In this document: positions 30,115 to 40,449 of the stretch, one piece after another | Numbering within the stretch: position 1 is the stretch's first letter | How the letters are laid out: each line of letters begins with the position of its first letter | Assembly: GCA_041917215.1 (NCBI GenBank) | Contig: JAYRYC010000005.1 | Location: 103,687-167,686, forward strand | DNA from: Tagaea sp. | GTDB lineage: Bacteria > Pseudomonadota > Alphaproteobacteria > CACIAM-22H2 | Reading direction: 5' to 3' | DNA length: 64,000 nucleotides | Position numbers and translations under genes: made by a program | The notes under the pieces: model-generated | What the model was told of the DNA's origin: nothing | Databases searched by the model: none | Seen by the model: the letters and a program-made list of their open reading frames with translations, nothing else

Positions 30115-30408
30115 TTAGCGCCCGTATTGGTCGCCGCTATCGATATCGTAGAGATCTTCGGGCAGGCCGCTATCCGCACGGCGCGGCACTTCCTGGAAGC
30201 CGCGCTGGCCGGGCTGGCGCAGGCCGATTTCGGCCGGCGCGTTGGCGACCGGACCGGCGGCGACCGGCGAATTATGGGCGTCGCGCATCAAAATCGCCGC
30301 CCCTTGCCCCGTCGCGGCGACGAGAACCACCATCGCCAGCGCGCAGGCCGATTGTCCGAAAGTCCGGCACAGCCACGCGAACGGCGCGAATAAAATTCCG
30401 TTTCGCAT
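30115..30408 (-). CDS. Hypothetical small membrane-anchored protein
   Basis: The ATG at 30408 gives MRNGILFAPFAWLCRTFGQSACALAMVVLVAATG (one TM). I found no recognisable domain. Confidence 0.35.
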   Translation of the reverse strand: MRNGILFAPFAWLCRTFGQSACALAMVVLVAATGQGAAILMRDAHNSPVAAGPVANAPAEIGLRQPGQRGFQEVPRRADSGLPEDLYDIDSGDQYGR

Positions 30409-30526
30409 CGTTGTCCTCCACCACCACTCACATCGTGTCGAATTCCACGATGTCAATATGGCGTGGCCGAATTATGGCGCGCAGTGACCCCAGTCACAGC
30501 GCGATACATTACGACGCAAAAATTCG

Positions 30527-31327
30527 TCAGCGCGCGGGTGTGGAAAGGAAATCTTTCGGCAGATGCATCGCGCGCAGCACGACGCGCGCGATCTGGCGGC
30601 CCAGGCAGTCGTAAAGCATGTCCGCGACCTTGGTCATATCCTCGCGCGGCACGTTCTCGAGCTTCATCTGCCCGCTTTCGATCCAGTGGCGCATCGTCTC
30701 ATAGCGCGGGAAGATCGCCACGTCGTGCCGCAGACCCGCCTGGTTCATCGCATCGATATAAGGCTGGAAACCGATCAGGCGCACCGTGTCGCGCGCGTAT
30801 TGCGGCGTCACCAGCAGCGTGTCGGCCTTGGCCGCGGCGATCGCCGCGATCCCGTCCTCCAGCGTCGTGCCGAATTGATCGAGGTCGATCGAGCGCACGG
30901 CGTCGGCCGTGCCGGTTTCCCAGACGACCAGATCGGGCTTGAGCGACAGCACGTCTTTGGCCAAGCGCTTGGCCATCTGGTCGGCGGTCTCGCGCGGCTT
31001 GGCGCGGTTCGCGACCGTGACGGCGACATTGGGCAATCGGCGGCGCAGATCGGCTTCCAGCCGCGCGGGCCAGGCCGCGTCGGCGGACGAAGCGCCCATG
31101 CCCATCGTCGAAGACGAGCCGATCGCGACGATCGACAAGCGCTTTTCCAGGACGACGCGCTTGGCGGCGTGGACGAGCTTCGCGTCGGTGACGAAGACCG
31201 ACGCCGGCACGCGGCACGCTTCGGGCATCGCGTTCGCGGGCGGCGTTTGGGCATGGGCGATCGACGCGGCGAACAACGCCACCCCCATCGACGCCCAGAA
31301 CCTCGATCGCGACCCACGCCCCGCCAT
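30527..31327 (-). CDS. Secreted SGNH/GDSL-family hydrolase
   Basis: The protein has a signal peptide and a GDSL-like block IVAIGSSSTMG with a catalytic Ser. Its start is 3 nt after the opgC stop. Confidence 0.7.
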   Translation of the reverse strand: MAGRGSRSRFWASMGVALFAASIAHAQTPPANAMPEACRVPASVFVTDAKLVHAAKRVVLEKRLSIVAIGSSSTMGMGASSADAAWPARLEADLRRRLPNVAVTVANRAKPRETADQMAKRLAKDVLSLKPDLVVWETGTADAVRSIDLDQFGTTLEDGIAAIAAAKADTLLVTPQYARDTVRLIGFQPYIDAMNQAGLRHDVAIFPRYETMRHWIESGQMKLENVPREDMTKVADMLYDCLGRQIARVVLRAMHLPKDFLSTPAR

Positions 31328-31330
31328 GGA

Positions 31331-32455
31331 TCAGCCCTCACCTTTGCGCGGCTTGCCGTGCGCCTTATACCAAGAAAACAGCTTGGCGAGGGACAGCAGA
31401 ATGAAGCATCCCGCCGCCGTCACCACGGCTTGATTGGCGACCGACGCGCCGTATTCGACCAGGGCCGCGTGGCCCAGGACCGAGAGGAAAATCCCCAGAC
31501 AGAATATGGCGAGCGAGTTCGTGCCGCAGCGCGTGATGGCCCTGGCCCAGCGCAGATTGAGCCAAGCGGCATCGCGCGGCACGCGCCACACGACGACCGC
31601 GCACAGCGCCAAAATGCTGAGAAGCCTTAGCGGCCCTTCGTTGGTCTTGTCGGCGAATTGATAGATCGCCTCGGCGAAGGCGATCGGCACGTTGTCGAAG
31701 TAGTAGCCGACGGTGATCCAGGTGCGGATCGGGATCGTCGCGGCGAGGAAAATCGCCGCCACCCAATAGACCCATTTCGGCACGCCCACCGGTGCGTCGT
31801 CCACGCCCGCCCGCCAGCCGCAGAAAATCCCCAGCGCGAACAGGAATTGCCAGGCGAAGGGATTGAAGAACCAGCCGCCCTCGGGATAGCCGGGCAAATT
31901 CCAATCGAAGATCGGCACGCCGATATAGACCGCCGCCGACAGCACCAGCAGATAGCGGCCGTAGCGCGGGATCAGCGGCAGCAGCAGCGCGAAGCCCAGC
32001 AGCAGTGCGATATAGAGCGGCAGGATGTTCATGAACAGCGGCTGATGCGCCAGCAGCAGCGCTTGCACGATCGCGACATGCGGCCGGTCGAGGAACGCGG
32101 CGATCTGCATTTCCTCGATGAACAGCGGGTTGTCGAAATTCTGCGCCGTCCACGCGACCTGGGCCGTGTAGATCACGAACAAAAAGATATGCGCGACATA
32201 GAGCGTCCAAACGCGCGCCATCACGTTGGCCATCGCATAGGCCGTGCCGTCGGCGCGCGCGCGCCGTCCGAACACCAACGCGGCGGCGTAGCCCGACAGG
32301 AAAACGAAGATCTCGGCCGCGTCGCAGAACAGGAAATTGGCGAGCGTCAGGAACGAGAACGCGTTGTCGGGAATGTGATTGATGAAAATGAACAGCAGCC
32401 CGAGGCCGCGGAAGAAATCGAGCCGCTGGTCGCGGCCTTTGGCGGGCGCGCTCAT
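31331..32455 (-). CDS. opgC: OpgC-family membrane acyltransferase (osmoregulated periplasmic glucan succinylation)
   Basis: The protein has about ten TM helices and starts MSAPAKGRDQRLDFFRGLGLLFIFINHIP, as in OpgC/MdoC. It belongs to the acyltransferase-3-like family. Confidence 0.7.
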   Translation of the reverse strand: MSAPAKGRDQRLDFFRGLGLLFIFINHIPDNAFSFLTLANFLFCDAAEIFVFLSGYAAALVFGRRARADGTAYAMANVMARVWTLYVAHIFLFVIYTAQVAWTAQNFDNPLFIEEMQIAAFLDRPHVAIVQALLLAHQPLFMNILPLYIALLLGFALLLPLIPRYGRYLLVLSAAVYIGVPIFDWNLPGYPEGGWFFNPFAWQFLFALGIFCGWRAGVDDAPVGVPKWVYWVAAIFLAATIPIRTWITVGYYFDNVPIAFAEAIYQFADKTNEGPLRLLSILALCAVVVWRVPRDAAWLNLRWARAITRCGTNSLAIFCLGIFLSVLGHAALVEYGASVANQAVVTAAGCFILLSLAKLFSWYKAHGKPRKGEG

Positions 32456-32475
32456 GGGCGGCGCCTCCGGGGGCG

Positions 32476-32949
32476 TCAGTTGGGCTTGGCCGGTTGCTGC
32501 GTGGCGCTTTCGGCCGAATTGAAGATGAAGCGGCCGAGCAGCTGCACGAGATTGACCGGCGACTGCGTGAACTGGATCGTGCCGCCCGCGGCCAGCATCT
32601 TGTCGTCCGAGCCCGGCGACAGCGCGAGATAGGTGCCGCCCAGCAAGCCTTCGCTGGTGATCTGCGCCGAGGTGTCGCGCGGCAGCTTCACATGCGCGTC
32701 GATCGACAGCGTCAGCACCGCTTCGTAGGTGTCGGGATCGAGCGATTGCGCGAGGACCGAACCGACCTTGATACCCGCGAGCTTCACGTCGGTGCCGATG
32801 CGCACGCCGTCGATGCTCTGGAATTTCGCGGTGACCTGATAGCCGCGCACGGGGCGGATATCGGCCGTCGAATAGGCGAATACGACGAACATGCCGGCCA
32901 CGACCAGCACAAGCGCGCCCATCAGGGTTTCGACCAGATTCTTGCCCAT
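32476..32949 (-). CDS. mlaD: MlaD (MCE-domain) phospholipid transport periplasmic subunit
   Basis: The protein has an N-terminal TM anchor (LMGALVLVVAGMFVVFAY) and an MCE domain (YQVTAKFQSIDGVRIGTDVKLAGIKVGSV). Confidence 0.8.
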   Translation of the reverse strand: MGKNLVETLMGALVLVVAGMFVVFAYSTADIRPVRGYQVTAKFQSIDGVRIGTDVKLAGIKVGSVLAQSLDPDTYEAVLTLSIDAHVKLPRDTSAQITSEGLLGGTYLALSPGSDDKMLAAGGTIQFTQSPVNLVQLLGRFIFNSAESATQQPAKPN

Positions 32950-32996
32950 CGTCCTCGATCCGATTCGCGAATGACCGCCTCAGCTATGCGGCGGAA

Positions 32997-33359
32997 TCAG
33001 TTCGGCGTCCAGGGTTCGTAATCGCCCGTCGCCTTCGCGCGCTGGCCGCCTTGGAAATCATGTCCCGGCGGCCGATAGGCCTGGGGCGAGCCCGTCAGAT
33101 TGGGCTGGTGCGGGGCCTGCCAGGGCTTGCGCGTGGGCAAGCCCGACGCGGGCGGCGGCTCGGCCATCAGATGATGCAGCCAGGCATGCCAATCGGGCGG
33201 CACTCTCGATGCTTCGGCCTCGCCCTCGTACACGACCCAGCGCTTTTCGCGCCGCGCGCGCTTCAAGCCGGTCTTGTCGCGGTAGTAGCGATTGCCGAAT
33301 TCGTCGCGGCCCATTTCTTCGCCGCGCAGCCACGTATAGATCAACGTTCCGATGGTCAT
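32997..33359 (-). CDS. NDUFA12 (complex I 17.2-kDa subunit)-like protein
   Basis: The protein reads LIYTWLRGEEMGRDEFGNRYYRDK...RWVVY...PPDWHAWLHH, the NDUFA12 family signature. Bacterial homologues of this family occur in Alphaproteobacteria. Confidence 0.75.
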   Translation of the reverse strand: MTIGTLIYTWLRGEEMGRDEFGNRYYRDKTGLKRARREKRWVVYEGEAEASRVPPDWHAWLHHLMAEPPPASGLPTRKPWQAPHQPNLTGSPQAYRPPGHDFQGGQRAKATGDYEPWTPN

Positions 33360-34101
33360 AAATGCCCGTCCCTTGAAGCGGGCGGACTATCGCATGCGGC
33401 TTCGCGAGTCGTCCAGAATGGTGGCCGAATCCGCCGCAGCCGGCGTTTCGATTCCAGCCTGCGCCCAAGATGACGGATACAAGCGTTTGGGGGAGTCGCA
33501 TCCCCGTTTCGGGTCCGCCAAAGCCGGATCGCGCGCGACGCGGCACCGCAAATTCCTCGCGTCGCGCGGCCAATGCCGTTTTTCAATGAATTTCAGAATT
33601 ATACATTTTACCCGGTGTAGAATTAGGCACCTGAAATCGTTTGAAAAAATCCGAAATATGACGGTCTTGCAACAGTCGATGCTGCACTGCACACTAAGCC
33701 TCGGACATTTTCGAACCCATCGTTAATGCATTGATTTAGCGATCAAAATAAGCGCTTGACGGTTTTCGCCCTGGATTTTAGCGGTTTCCCGTCGGCAGAC
33801 CCCCTGTATCTAGTTGTCGTATCTACATTTTGTGGTTCTTGCCGTGATCTCGCCAAAATCCTGTTGCGGGTGAATCCGGGGTTTGTTCAACATTTGGTAA
33901 CGAGCTTCGCCATCCACCACGAAATCTAGTGAGCGGTTTTCACCCGCGACATTCGGGATCGGGGGACGAGTCGGCGAAGACGGGGGCTGATTCTGCGCGT
34001 TGTCCGGCAACGGGTCACGCGCAAACGGCTCAAGCAATCAGGCGATGAAGCGGGCCGAGAGAGGCCGCGCACATCGGGATCGAAGACGGCTGGAGGCTAG
34101 G

Positions 34102-37100
34102 ATGCGGATCGAGCGGCGCTTTACGACGGACGGGGCCGATGCTTACGCGAGCATCGCGTTTACGACCACGAACAGCGAGATCAAGAACCCCGACGGCTCC
34201 GTCGTCTTCCAGGCGAAGGACATCGAAGTCCCCGCCGGCTGGTCGCAGGTCGCGTGCGACGTGCTGGCCCAGAAGTATTTCCGCAAGCGCGGCCTGCCCG
34301 CGGCGCTGAAAGCCGTCGAAGAAAACGACGTGCCGTCGTGGCTGTGGCGCAAGAAGCCCGATGATGCGGCGCTGGCGAAGCTTCCCGAGAACGCGCGCAA
34401 TGTCGGCGAGAATTCGGCCAAGCAGGTCTTCGATCGCCTTGCCGGCACGTGGACGTACTGGGGCTGGAAGGGCGGCTATTTCGATTCCGAAGCCGACGCC
34501 CGCGCCTATTTCGACGAGATGCGCTACATGCTGGCGGCGCAGATCGCGGCCCCCAACTCGCCGCAATGGTTCAACACCGGTCTGCACTGGGCCTATGGCA
34601 TCGACGGCCCCGGCCAGGGCCATTTCTACGTCGATTTCCGCACCGGCAAGCTGACGGCGTCGACTTCGGCCTACGAACATCCGCAGCCGCATGCCTGCTT
34701 CATCCAATCCGTCGAAGACGACCTCGTCAACGAGGGCGGCATCATGGATTTGTGGGTGCGCGAAGCGCGCCTGTTCAAATACGGCTCGGGCACGGGCTCC
34801 AACTTCTCGCGCCTGCGCGGCGAAAACGAGAAGCTGTCGGGCGGCGGCAAGTCGTCGGGCCTGATGAGCTTCCTGAAGATCGGCGACCGCGCGGCGGGCG
34901 CCATCAAGTCGGGCGGCACCACGCGCCGCGCCGCCAAGATGGTGACGGTCGATATCGACCATCCGGATATCGAGAAATACATCGACTGGAAGGTCGTCGA
35001 GGAACAGAAGGTCGCGGCCCTCGTCGCGGGCTCGCGCCTCGCCGCCAAGCATCTCAACGAGATCATGGCCGCCTGCGACAAATCGGCGGGCGAAGCCGGC
35101 TACGATCCGAAGAAGAACACGAGCTTGCGCAACGCCATCAAGGGTGCTCGCAAGTCGCTGATCCCCGAGAACTACATCCAGCGCGTCATCCAATTCGCGA
35201 AGCAAGGCTTCGAGAAGATCGACTTCAAATCCTACGACACGGATTGGGATTCGGAGGCGTATCTGACCGTTTCGGGCCAGAACTCCAACAACTCGGTGCG
35301 CGTGACCAACGCGTTCCTCCAGGCCGTGCTCGACAACGGCAAATGGGATCTGATCCGCCGCACCGACGGCAAGGTCCATGACCGCGTCGACGCCAAGGCG
35401 CTGTGGGACAAGATCGGCGAAGCCGCTTGGGCCTCGGCCGATCCGGGCCTGCAATACGACACGACGATCAACGAGTGGCACACCTGCCCGGAATCGGGGC
35501 GCATCAACGCCTCGAACCCGTGCTCGGAATACATGTTCCTCGACGACACGGCGTGCAACCTCGCCTCGGTCAATCTGCTGGCCCTGCGCCGCGAAGACGG
35601 CTCGTTCGACGCGCCCGCGTTCGAGCATGCGTGCCGCCTGTGGACGGTGACGCTCGAAATCTCGGTGCTGATGGCGCAATTCCCGTCCAAGCGCATCGCG
35701 GAACTCTCCTACGAGTACCGTACGCTGGGCCTGGGCTTCGCCAATATCGGCGGCCTGCTGATGGCGATGGGCCTTGGCTACGACAGCGACGAAGGCCGCG
35801 CGATCGCGGGCGCCATCACGGCGATCATGACGGGCGTCAGCTACGCCACGTCGGCCGAAATGGCCGCCGAGCTCGGCGCCTTCCCCGGCTACGAGCCCAA
35901 CCGCGAGCACATGCTGCGCGTCATCCGCAACCATCGCCGCGCGGCGTATGGCGAGGCGTCGGGCTATGAAGGCCTGACGATCCTCCCCGTGCCGCTGCCC
36001 GCGAAGGATTGCCCCGATGCGCGCCTGATCGAAGCCGCCCGCAAGGCGTGGGACGACGCGCTGGAGCTGGGTGTCGCCCACGGCTATCGCAACGCCCAAG
36101 CCACGGTCATCGCGCCCACCGGCACGATCGGCCTGGTGATGGATTGCGACACGACCGGCATCGAACCCGACTTCGCGCTGGTGAAGTTCAAGAAGCTGGC
36201 CGGCGGCGGCTACTTCAAGATCATCAACCGCGTCGTGCCCGTCGGCCTGAAGACGCTGGGCTACACCCAGTCGCAGATCGACGACATCATCGCCTACGCG
36301 GTGGGTCACGGCACGCTGAAGGGCTCCAACGCCGTCAGCCATGGCGCCTTGAAGGCCAAGGGCTTTGGTCAACCGCAGATCGACACGCTGGAAGGCGCTT
36401 TGAAGTCGGCGTTCGACATCAAGTTCGCCTTCAACAAGTGGACGCTGGGCGAGGAGTTCTGCCTCAACACGCTGAAGCTGACCAAGGAACAGCTCGACGA
36501 TCCGGCGTTCGACATGCTGGCCGCGCTGGGCTTCTCGAAGGCCGAAGTCGAAGCCGCGAACACCTGGTGCTCGGGCTCGATGACGCTGGAGGGTGCCCCG
36601 CACCTCAAGGAAGAGCATCTGCCGGTGTTCGACTGCGCCAATCCGTGCGGCCGTAACGGCAAGCGCTATCTGTCGGTCGACAGCCATATCCGCATGATGG
36701 CGGCCTCGCAGCCGTTCATCTCCGGTGCGATCTCCAAGACCATCAACATGCCCAACCAGGCGACGGTCGAGGATTGCAAGGACGCGTATCTGCTGTCGTG
36801 GCGTCTGTGCCTCAAGGCGAACGCGCTCTATCGCGACGGCTCGAAGCTGTCGCAGCCGCTCGCCGCGATCGTGGGCGACGACATCGACCTGAGCGAGGAA
36901 GTCGAGACGATCACGGCGGCCCCGCAGGTCGTGAAGGTCGAGAAGATCGTCGAGCGTATCGTGGAACGCGTGGCGGCCACCGCCCGCGCCCGCCTGCCCA
37001 ACCGCCGCAAGGGTTACACCCAGAAGGCGATGGTCGGCGGCCATAAGGTGTACTTGCGCACCGGCGAATACGAAGACGGCAAGGTCGGCGAGCTGTTCAT

Positions 37101-37851
37101 CGACATGCATAAGGAAGGTGCGGCCTTCCGCAGCTTGATGAACAATTTCGCCATCGCCGTGTCGATCGGCCTGCAATACGGCGTGCCGCTCGAGGAATAC
37201 GTCGAAGCGTTCACCTTCACGCGTTTCGAGCCCAACGGCATCGTCCAGGGCAACGACGCGATCAAGAACGCGACGTCGATCCTCGACTACATCTTCCGCG
37301 AACTCGCCGTGTCGTATCTCGGCCGCGACGACCTCGCCCATGTGGTGCAGGACGATCTCGAGCCGGATTCGATGGGCAAGGGCGAGAAGGACTCGACCCT
37401 GCCGGGTGCGGGTTCCGCCGCGGCGGCCGCAGCACTCGACGCGGTGAAGAAGGTCGCGTCGACCGGCTTCGTGCGCTCGCGCTTCAAGGTGCTGCCGGGT
37501 GGCGCGCCCGCTTCGGCGTCGGCCGTGGCGCTGGCGGGCGACGTGGATCTGCTCGAGCCGGAAGTCGAGGACGACGTCGAAGTCGGCCTCGCCGAAACGG
37601 CGGAAGCGCCGGCCCAGGTCGAAGGCGACAAGCAGCCGATCGGCTTCGCGATCGAAGCGGTCGCCGCGGCGATCGGCACGGCGATGGATGCCGGTCAGCC
37701 CAAGGCCGCGTCGAAGGCCGACAAGATCCGCGAAGCGCGCATGAAGGGCTACACGGGCGATCCGTGCGAGACCTGCGGCTCGATGGCGATGGTGCGCAAC
37801 GGCACGTGCACCAAGTGCATCGATTGCGGCTCGACCAGCGGCTGCTCGTAA
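34102..37851 (+). CDS. nrdJ: Class II (adenosylcobalamin-dependent) ribonucleotide reductase, long monomeric NrdJ
   Basis: A GGAGG sits 6 nt upstream of the ATG at 34102. The protein starts [62 protein letters not shown], the canonical NrdJ N-terminus. It has the radical-Cys loop NPCSEY, is 1249 aa, and ends in a Cys-rich tail ([28 protein letters not shown]). The track's longer ORF adds 34 spurious N-terminal codons. Confidence 0.95.
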   Translation: MRIERRFTTDGADAYASIAFTTTNSEIKNPDGSVVFQAKDIEVPAGWSQVACDVLAQKYFRKRGLPAALKAVEENDVPSWLWRKKPDDAALAKLPENARNVGENSAKQVFDRLAGTWTYWGWKGGYFDSEADARAYFDEMRYMLAAQIAAPNSPQWFNTGLHWAYGIDGPGQGHFYVDFRTGKLTASTSAYEHPQPHACFIQSVEDDLVNEGGIMDLWVREARLFKYGSGTGSNFSRLRGENEKLSGGGKSSGLMSFLKIGDRAAGAIKSGGTTRRAAKMVTVDIDHPDIEKYIDWKVVEEQKVAALVAGSRLAAKHLNEIMAACDKSAGEAGYDPKKNTSLRNAIKGARKSLIPENYIQRVIQFAKQGFEKIDFKSYDTDWDSEAYLTVSGQNSNNSVRVTNAFLQAVLDNGKWDLIRRTDGKVHDRVDAKALWDKIGEAAWASADPGLQYDTTINEWHTCPESGRINASNPCSEYMFLDDTACNLASVNLLALRREDGSFDAPAFEHACRLWTVTLEISVLMAQFPSKRIAELSYEYRTLGLGFANIGGLLMAMGLGYDSDEGRAIAGAITAIMTGVSYATSAEMAAELGAFPGYEPNREHMLRVIRNHRRAAYGEASGYEGLTILPVPLPAKDCPDARLIEAARKAWDDALELGVAHGYRNAQATVIAPTGTIGLVMDCDTTGIEPDFALVKFKKLAGGGYFKIINRVVPVGLKTLGYTQSQIDDIIAYAVGHGTLKGSNAVSHGALKAKGFGQPQIDTLEGALKSAFDIKFAFNKWTLGEEFCLNTLKLTKEQLDDPAFDMLAALGFSKAEVEAANTWCSGSMTLEGAPHLKEEHLPVFDCANPCGRNGKRYLSVDSHIRMMAASQPFISGAISKTINMPNQATVEDCKDAYLLSWRLCLKANALYRDGSKLSQPLAAIVGDDIDLSEEVETITAAPQVVKVEKIVERIVERVAATARARLPNRRKGYTQKAMVGGHKVYLRTGEYEDGKVGELFIDMHKEGAAFRSLMNNFAIAVSIGLQYGVPLEEYVEAFTFTRFEPNGIVQGNDAIKNATSILDYIFRELAVSYLGRDDLAHVVQDDLEPDSMGKGEKDSTLPGAGSAAAAAALDAVKKVASTGFVRSRFKVLPGGAPASASAVALAGDVDLLEPEVEDDVEVGLAETAEAPAQVEGDKQPIGFAIEAVAAAIGTAMDAGQPKAASKADKIREARMKGYTGDPCETCGSMAMVRNGTCTKCIDCGSTSGCS

Positions 37852-37877
37852 GCCGTACGCGATACCGCGAAACACGA

Positions 37878-37910
37878 AAAGGGCCGGGAGAAATCCCGGC
37901 CCTTTTTCAT
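37878..37910 (+). terminator. Rho-independent terminator after nrdJ
   Basis: The stem-loop is GGGCCGGGA-gaaa-TCCCGGCCC followed by TTTTTC, 27 nt after the nrdJ stop. Confidence 0.75.
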
Positions 37911-38113
37911 TGAACACTGTGCGCCGACCGAATGCGCAACCTATGGATCTATGGTGTGCCGCGTAACAAAACGGTCCGGCGCGCCTTGCAAAATGCGAAG
38001 GCGGCGCAATCGAGAACGCGTCCACGATTATTCCACATGGGCACTGGCGGTGTTTCGCGTATAACTCCGATCCCGCAAATTTTACCGAATCTGATGGCAT
38101 TGCGCCGCCGCCG

Positions 38114-39241
38114 ATGACCGACGACCAAGAAGACAAAACCCGCCGTCCCGGCGCCGACGTCGAGAAGTACGATTTGCGGCCGTTGCGCGAGATGCTGCGC
38201 TTGGCCGCCGACGGCGTCGAAGGCCTGTTGATGCACAACGTGCCGGGCCGCGAGAGCACGATCGATCGCGAAATCTTCGACGACATCGCGCGCGCGAAAT
38301 GCTTCCGCTTCAAGGAAGCGACGGGCGCCTTCGCCGACGCGCCGATCCGCTTCGACGCGACGCGCGGCCGGCTCGACGTCGTCACCAAGCTCGACGCGCG
38401 GGACGCCGACAGCGAAATCCAGATCGTGCGTTCGGGCAGCGACGCGATGCTGATGAAGGATACGGATCCGGGATCCGCCTATAACCGCCGCTTGGTCGAA
38501 ATCGTCTCGCAGGTGCTGGGCTTGGGCATCGTCGACGAGGTCGTGTTCGGCCAGACTTTGCCGGAGGCTTCGCTCCTCTATCTGCGCCCGCTGCCCGATC
38601 CCGAGGAAAGCTGCGAACAATTCATCGACCAGATCGTCGGCGCGATCGCGCGCCACAAGCCGCAACCGATCCGCAACAAACAGGCCTTCAACGAGGCCTA
38701 TGCGGGGCTGGTGATGCGGCTCGCGCGCTCGGGCATTCCGCCATCGCGCATGAACCCGATCGACATGCAGCAGACGATCCAGCAGGAAATGCTGCGCGGC
38801 ATGATGAAGGTCGAAATCTGGCGCAAGCTTTGGCGCTGGACGACCGAATGCGAAACGAAGCTTCAGCCGGTGAAGGCGATTCCGGCGGTGCAGTCGGACA
38901 AGGCCTCGTCCCAGCAGATCGCCGATCTCGAAAAGGCGATCAAACGCGCCGCCAAGACGATCGGCGTCCACGTCACCAACGCGAGCCTGCTCTACGAGCG
39001 CGCGGTCGGCGGCGAGAATTTCTACGTCGAGGCGATGCCCGCCATCCTCTATATCCGCGAGGCGCGCCAGACGGTGGAAGAGCTCTACACCATCGCCAAC
39101 GAGTGGTCGGTGCTGTGGACGGCCGTTCCGAAGAACGCCGCGTTGAACGACGTGAAAATGCTGCTGAAGCCCCTGCTCGTTTCGATCAAGGACGTTTTGT
39201 CCCGCCCCCAACCGCGCGAAGCCGTTTTGGGCACAAAATAG
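38114..39241 (+). CDS. Conserved hypothetical protein, tandem paralogue A (375 aa, no recognisable domain)
   Basis: This is a clean ORF with host-like GC3 codon usage and no signal peptide or TM segment. It shares long identical blocks with the next gene: LREMLRLAA-GVEGLLM, CFRFKE-TGAFADAPIRFDA-RGRLDVV, NRRLVE-VSQVLGLGIVDEVVFGQ-LPEASLLYLRPLP-PEESCE-FI, KPQPIRNKQAFNEAYA, NPIDMQ-T-QQEMLRGM-KVEIWRKLWRW, NFYVEAMPAILYIREAR and KDVLSRP. Confidence 0.7.
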   Translation: MTDDQEDKTRRPGADVEKYDLRPLREMLRLAADGVEGLLMHNVPGRESTIDREIFDDIARAKCFRFKEATGAFADAPIRFDATRGRLDVVTKLDARDADSEIQIVRSGSDAMLMKDTDPGSAYNRRLVEIVSQVLGLGIVDEVVFGQTLPEASLLYLRPLPDPEESCEQFIDQIVGAIARHKPQPIRNKQAFNEAYAGLVMRLARSGIPPSRMNPIDMQQTIQQEMLRGMMKVEIWRKLWRWTTECETKLQPVKAIPAVQSDKASSQQIADLEKAIKRAAKTIGVHVTNASLLYERAVGGENFYVEAMPAILYIREARQTVEELYTIANEWSVLWTAVPKNAALNDVKMLLKPLLVSIKDVLSRPQPREAVLGTK

Positions 39242-39315
39242 CCCGCGTCAAAATAATAACCGTAAAATTTTCGGATTAGCTTGCTGGGTGGAACACCCCT
39301 TGCTACCTAATCCCC

Positions 39316-40449
39316 ATGGCGATCCAGGGTAACGATCCGCGCCGGCCGGGCGAGGATATCGACAAATACGACGATCGCGGCTTGCGCGAGATGCTGCGCT
39401 TGGCCGCCGAGGGCGTCGAAGGCCTGTTGATGCGCCACGTGCCCGGCAAGGAAAGCGATATCGACCGCGAGATTTTCGAGGATATCGGGCGCAGCGGCTG
39501 CTTCCGTTTCAAGGAATCGACCGGCGCCTTCGCCGACGCGCCGATCCGCTTCGACGCCGAGCGCGGCCGTCTGGACGTGGTGATGAACCTGAACCAGACC
39601 GGCCAGGAGACGGGCATCCAATTCGTGCGCTCGGGCTCCGACGCGTCGCTGATGCGCGATTACGATCCGGGCTCCGACTACAACCGCCGCCTCGTCGAGC
39701 TCGTCTCGCAGGTGCTGGGCCTGGGCATCGTCGACGAAGTCGTGTTCGGCCAGAAGCTGCCCGAGGCCTCGCTCCTCTATCTGCGTCCGCTGCCCCAGCC
39801 CGAGGAGAGCTGCGAGCGCTTCATCAACGACATCGTCACCGCGATCGGCAACTACAAGCCCCAGCCGATCCGCAACAAGCAGGCCTTCAACGAAGCCTAT
39901 GCGCGCCTCGTGCAGCGCCTGGCCAAATCGGGCGTGCCGCCGTCGCGCCTCAACCCCATCGACATGCAGCACACGCTGCAGCAGGAAATGCTGCGCGGCA
40001 TGGTGAAGGTGGAGATCTGGCGCAAGCTCTGGCGCTGGGTGATCGATTGCGCGGTGAAGGTGCAGGACCTGCGGCCCATTCCGGCGATCCTGTCGGATAA
40101 GCCGCTCTCGGCCCAAGTGCGCGACCTGGAAGACGCGTTGAAGCGCGCGGGCAAGATCATCGGCACGCATGTCTACAACGCCAGCATGCTCTACGACCGC
40201 GCGGTGAAGGGCATCAATTTCTACGTCGAGGCGATGCCCGCGATCCTTTACATCCGCGAAGCGCGGCCGGTGGTCGAGGAGATCTACGTCAAGGTCAACG
40301 GCTGGTCGGCCGCCTGGACGCATATGCCCAAGACAGCGTCGATCGGCGAAGCGACCAATCTTCTGGCCCCCACGATGGCGGGCGTGAAGGACGTGCTGTC
40401 GCGCCCCGCCCCGCGCGCGATCGGGGCCCCAGCCGGCGCGAAAAACTAG
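39316..40449 (+). CDS. Conserved hypothetical protein, tandem paralogue B (377 aa)
   Basis: It is collinear with paralogue A along its whole length, with roughly two-thirds or more identity by eye. A 74-nt spacer separates the two genes. Both upstream regions carry an AAATTTT-then-CCGAAT/CGGATT motif about 45-55 nt before the ATG. Confidence 0.7.
   Translation: MAIQGNDPRRPGEDIDKYDDRGLREMLRLAAEGVEGLLMRHVPGKESDIDREIFEDIGRSGCFRFKESTGAFADAPIRFDAERGRLDVVMNLNQTGQETGIQFVRSGSDASLMRDYDPGSDYNRRLVELVSQVLGLGIVDEVVFGQKLPEASLLYLRPLPQPEESCERFINDIVTAIGNYKPQPIRNKQAFNEAYARLVQRLAKSGVPPSRLNPIDMQHTLQQEMLRGMVKVEIWRKLWRWVIDCAVKVQDLRPIPAILSDKPLSAQVRDLEDALKRAGKIIGTHVYNASMLYDRAVKGINFYVEAMPAILYIREARPVVEEIYVKVNGWSAAWTHMPKTASIGEATNLLAPTMAGVKDVLSRPAPRAIGAPAGAKN

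Noticed and set aside
33400-34101. Possible cobalamin riboswitch upstream of the B12-dependent nrdJ
   Set aside because: There is no B12-box (GCCACTG-like) or conserved riboswitch core in the leader. B12 riboswitches normally repress the B12-independent RNR classes, not nrdJ.
34030-38388. 1452-aa ORF on the minus strand covering all of nrdJ
   Set aside because: It is antisense to a gene with unmistakable NrdJ homology. It is Arg/Ala/Gly-rich, as expected for a random open frame in 66% GC DNA, and has no start-codon context.
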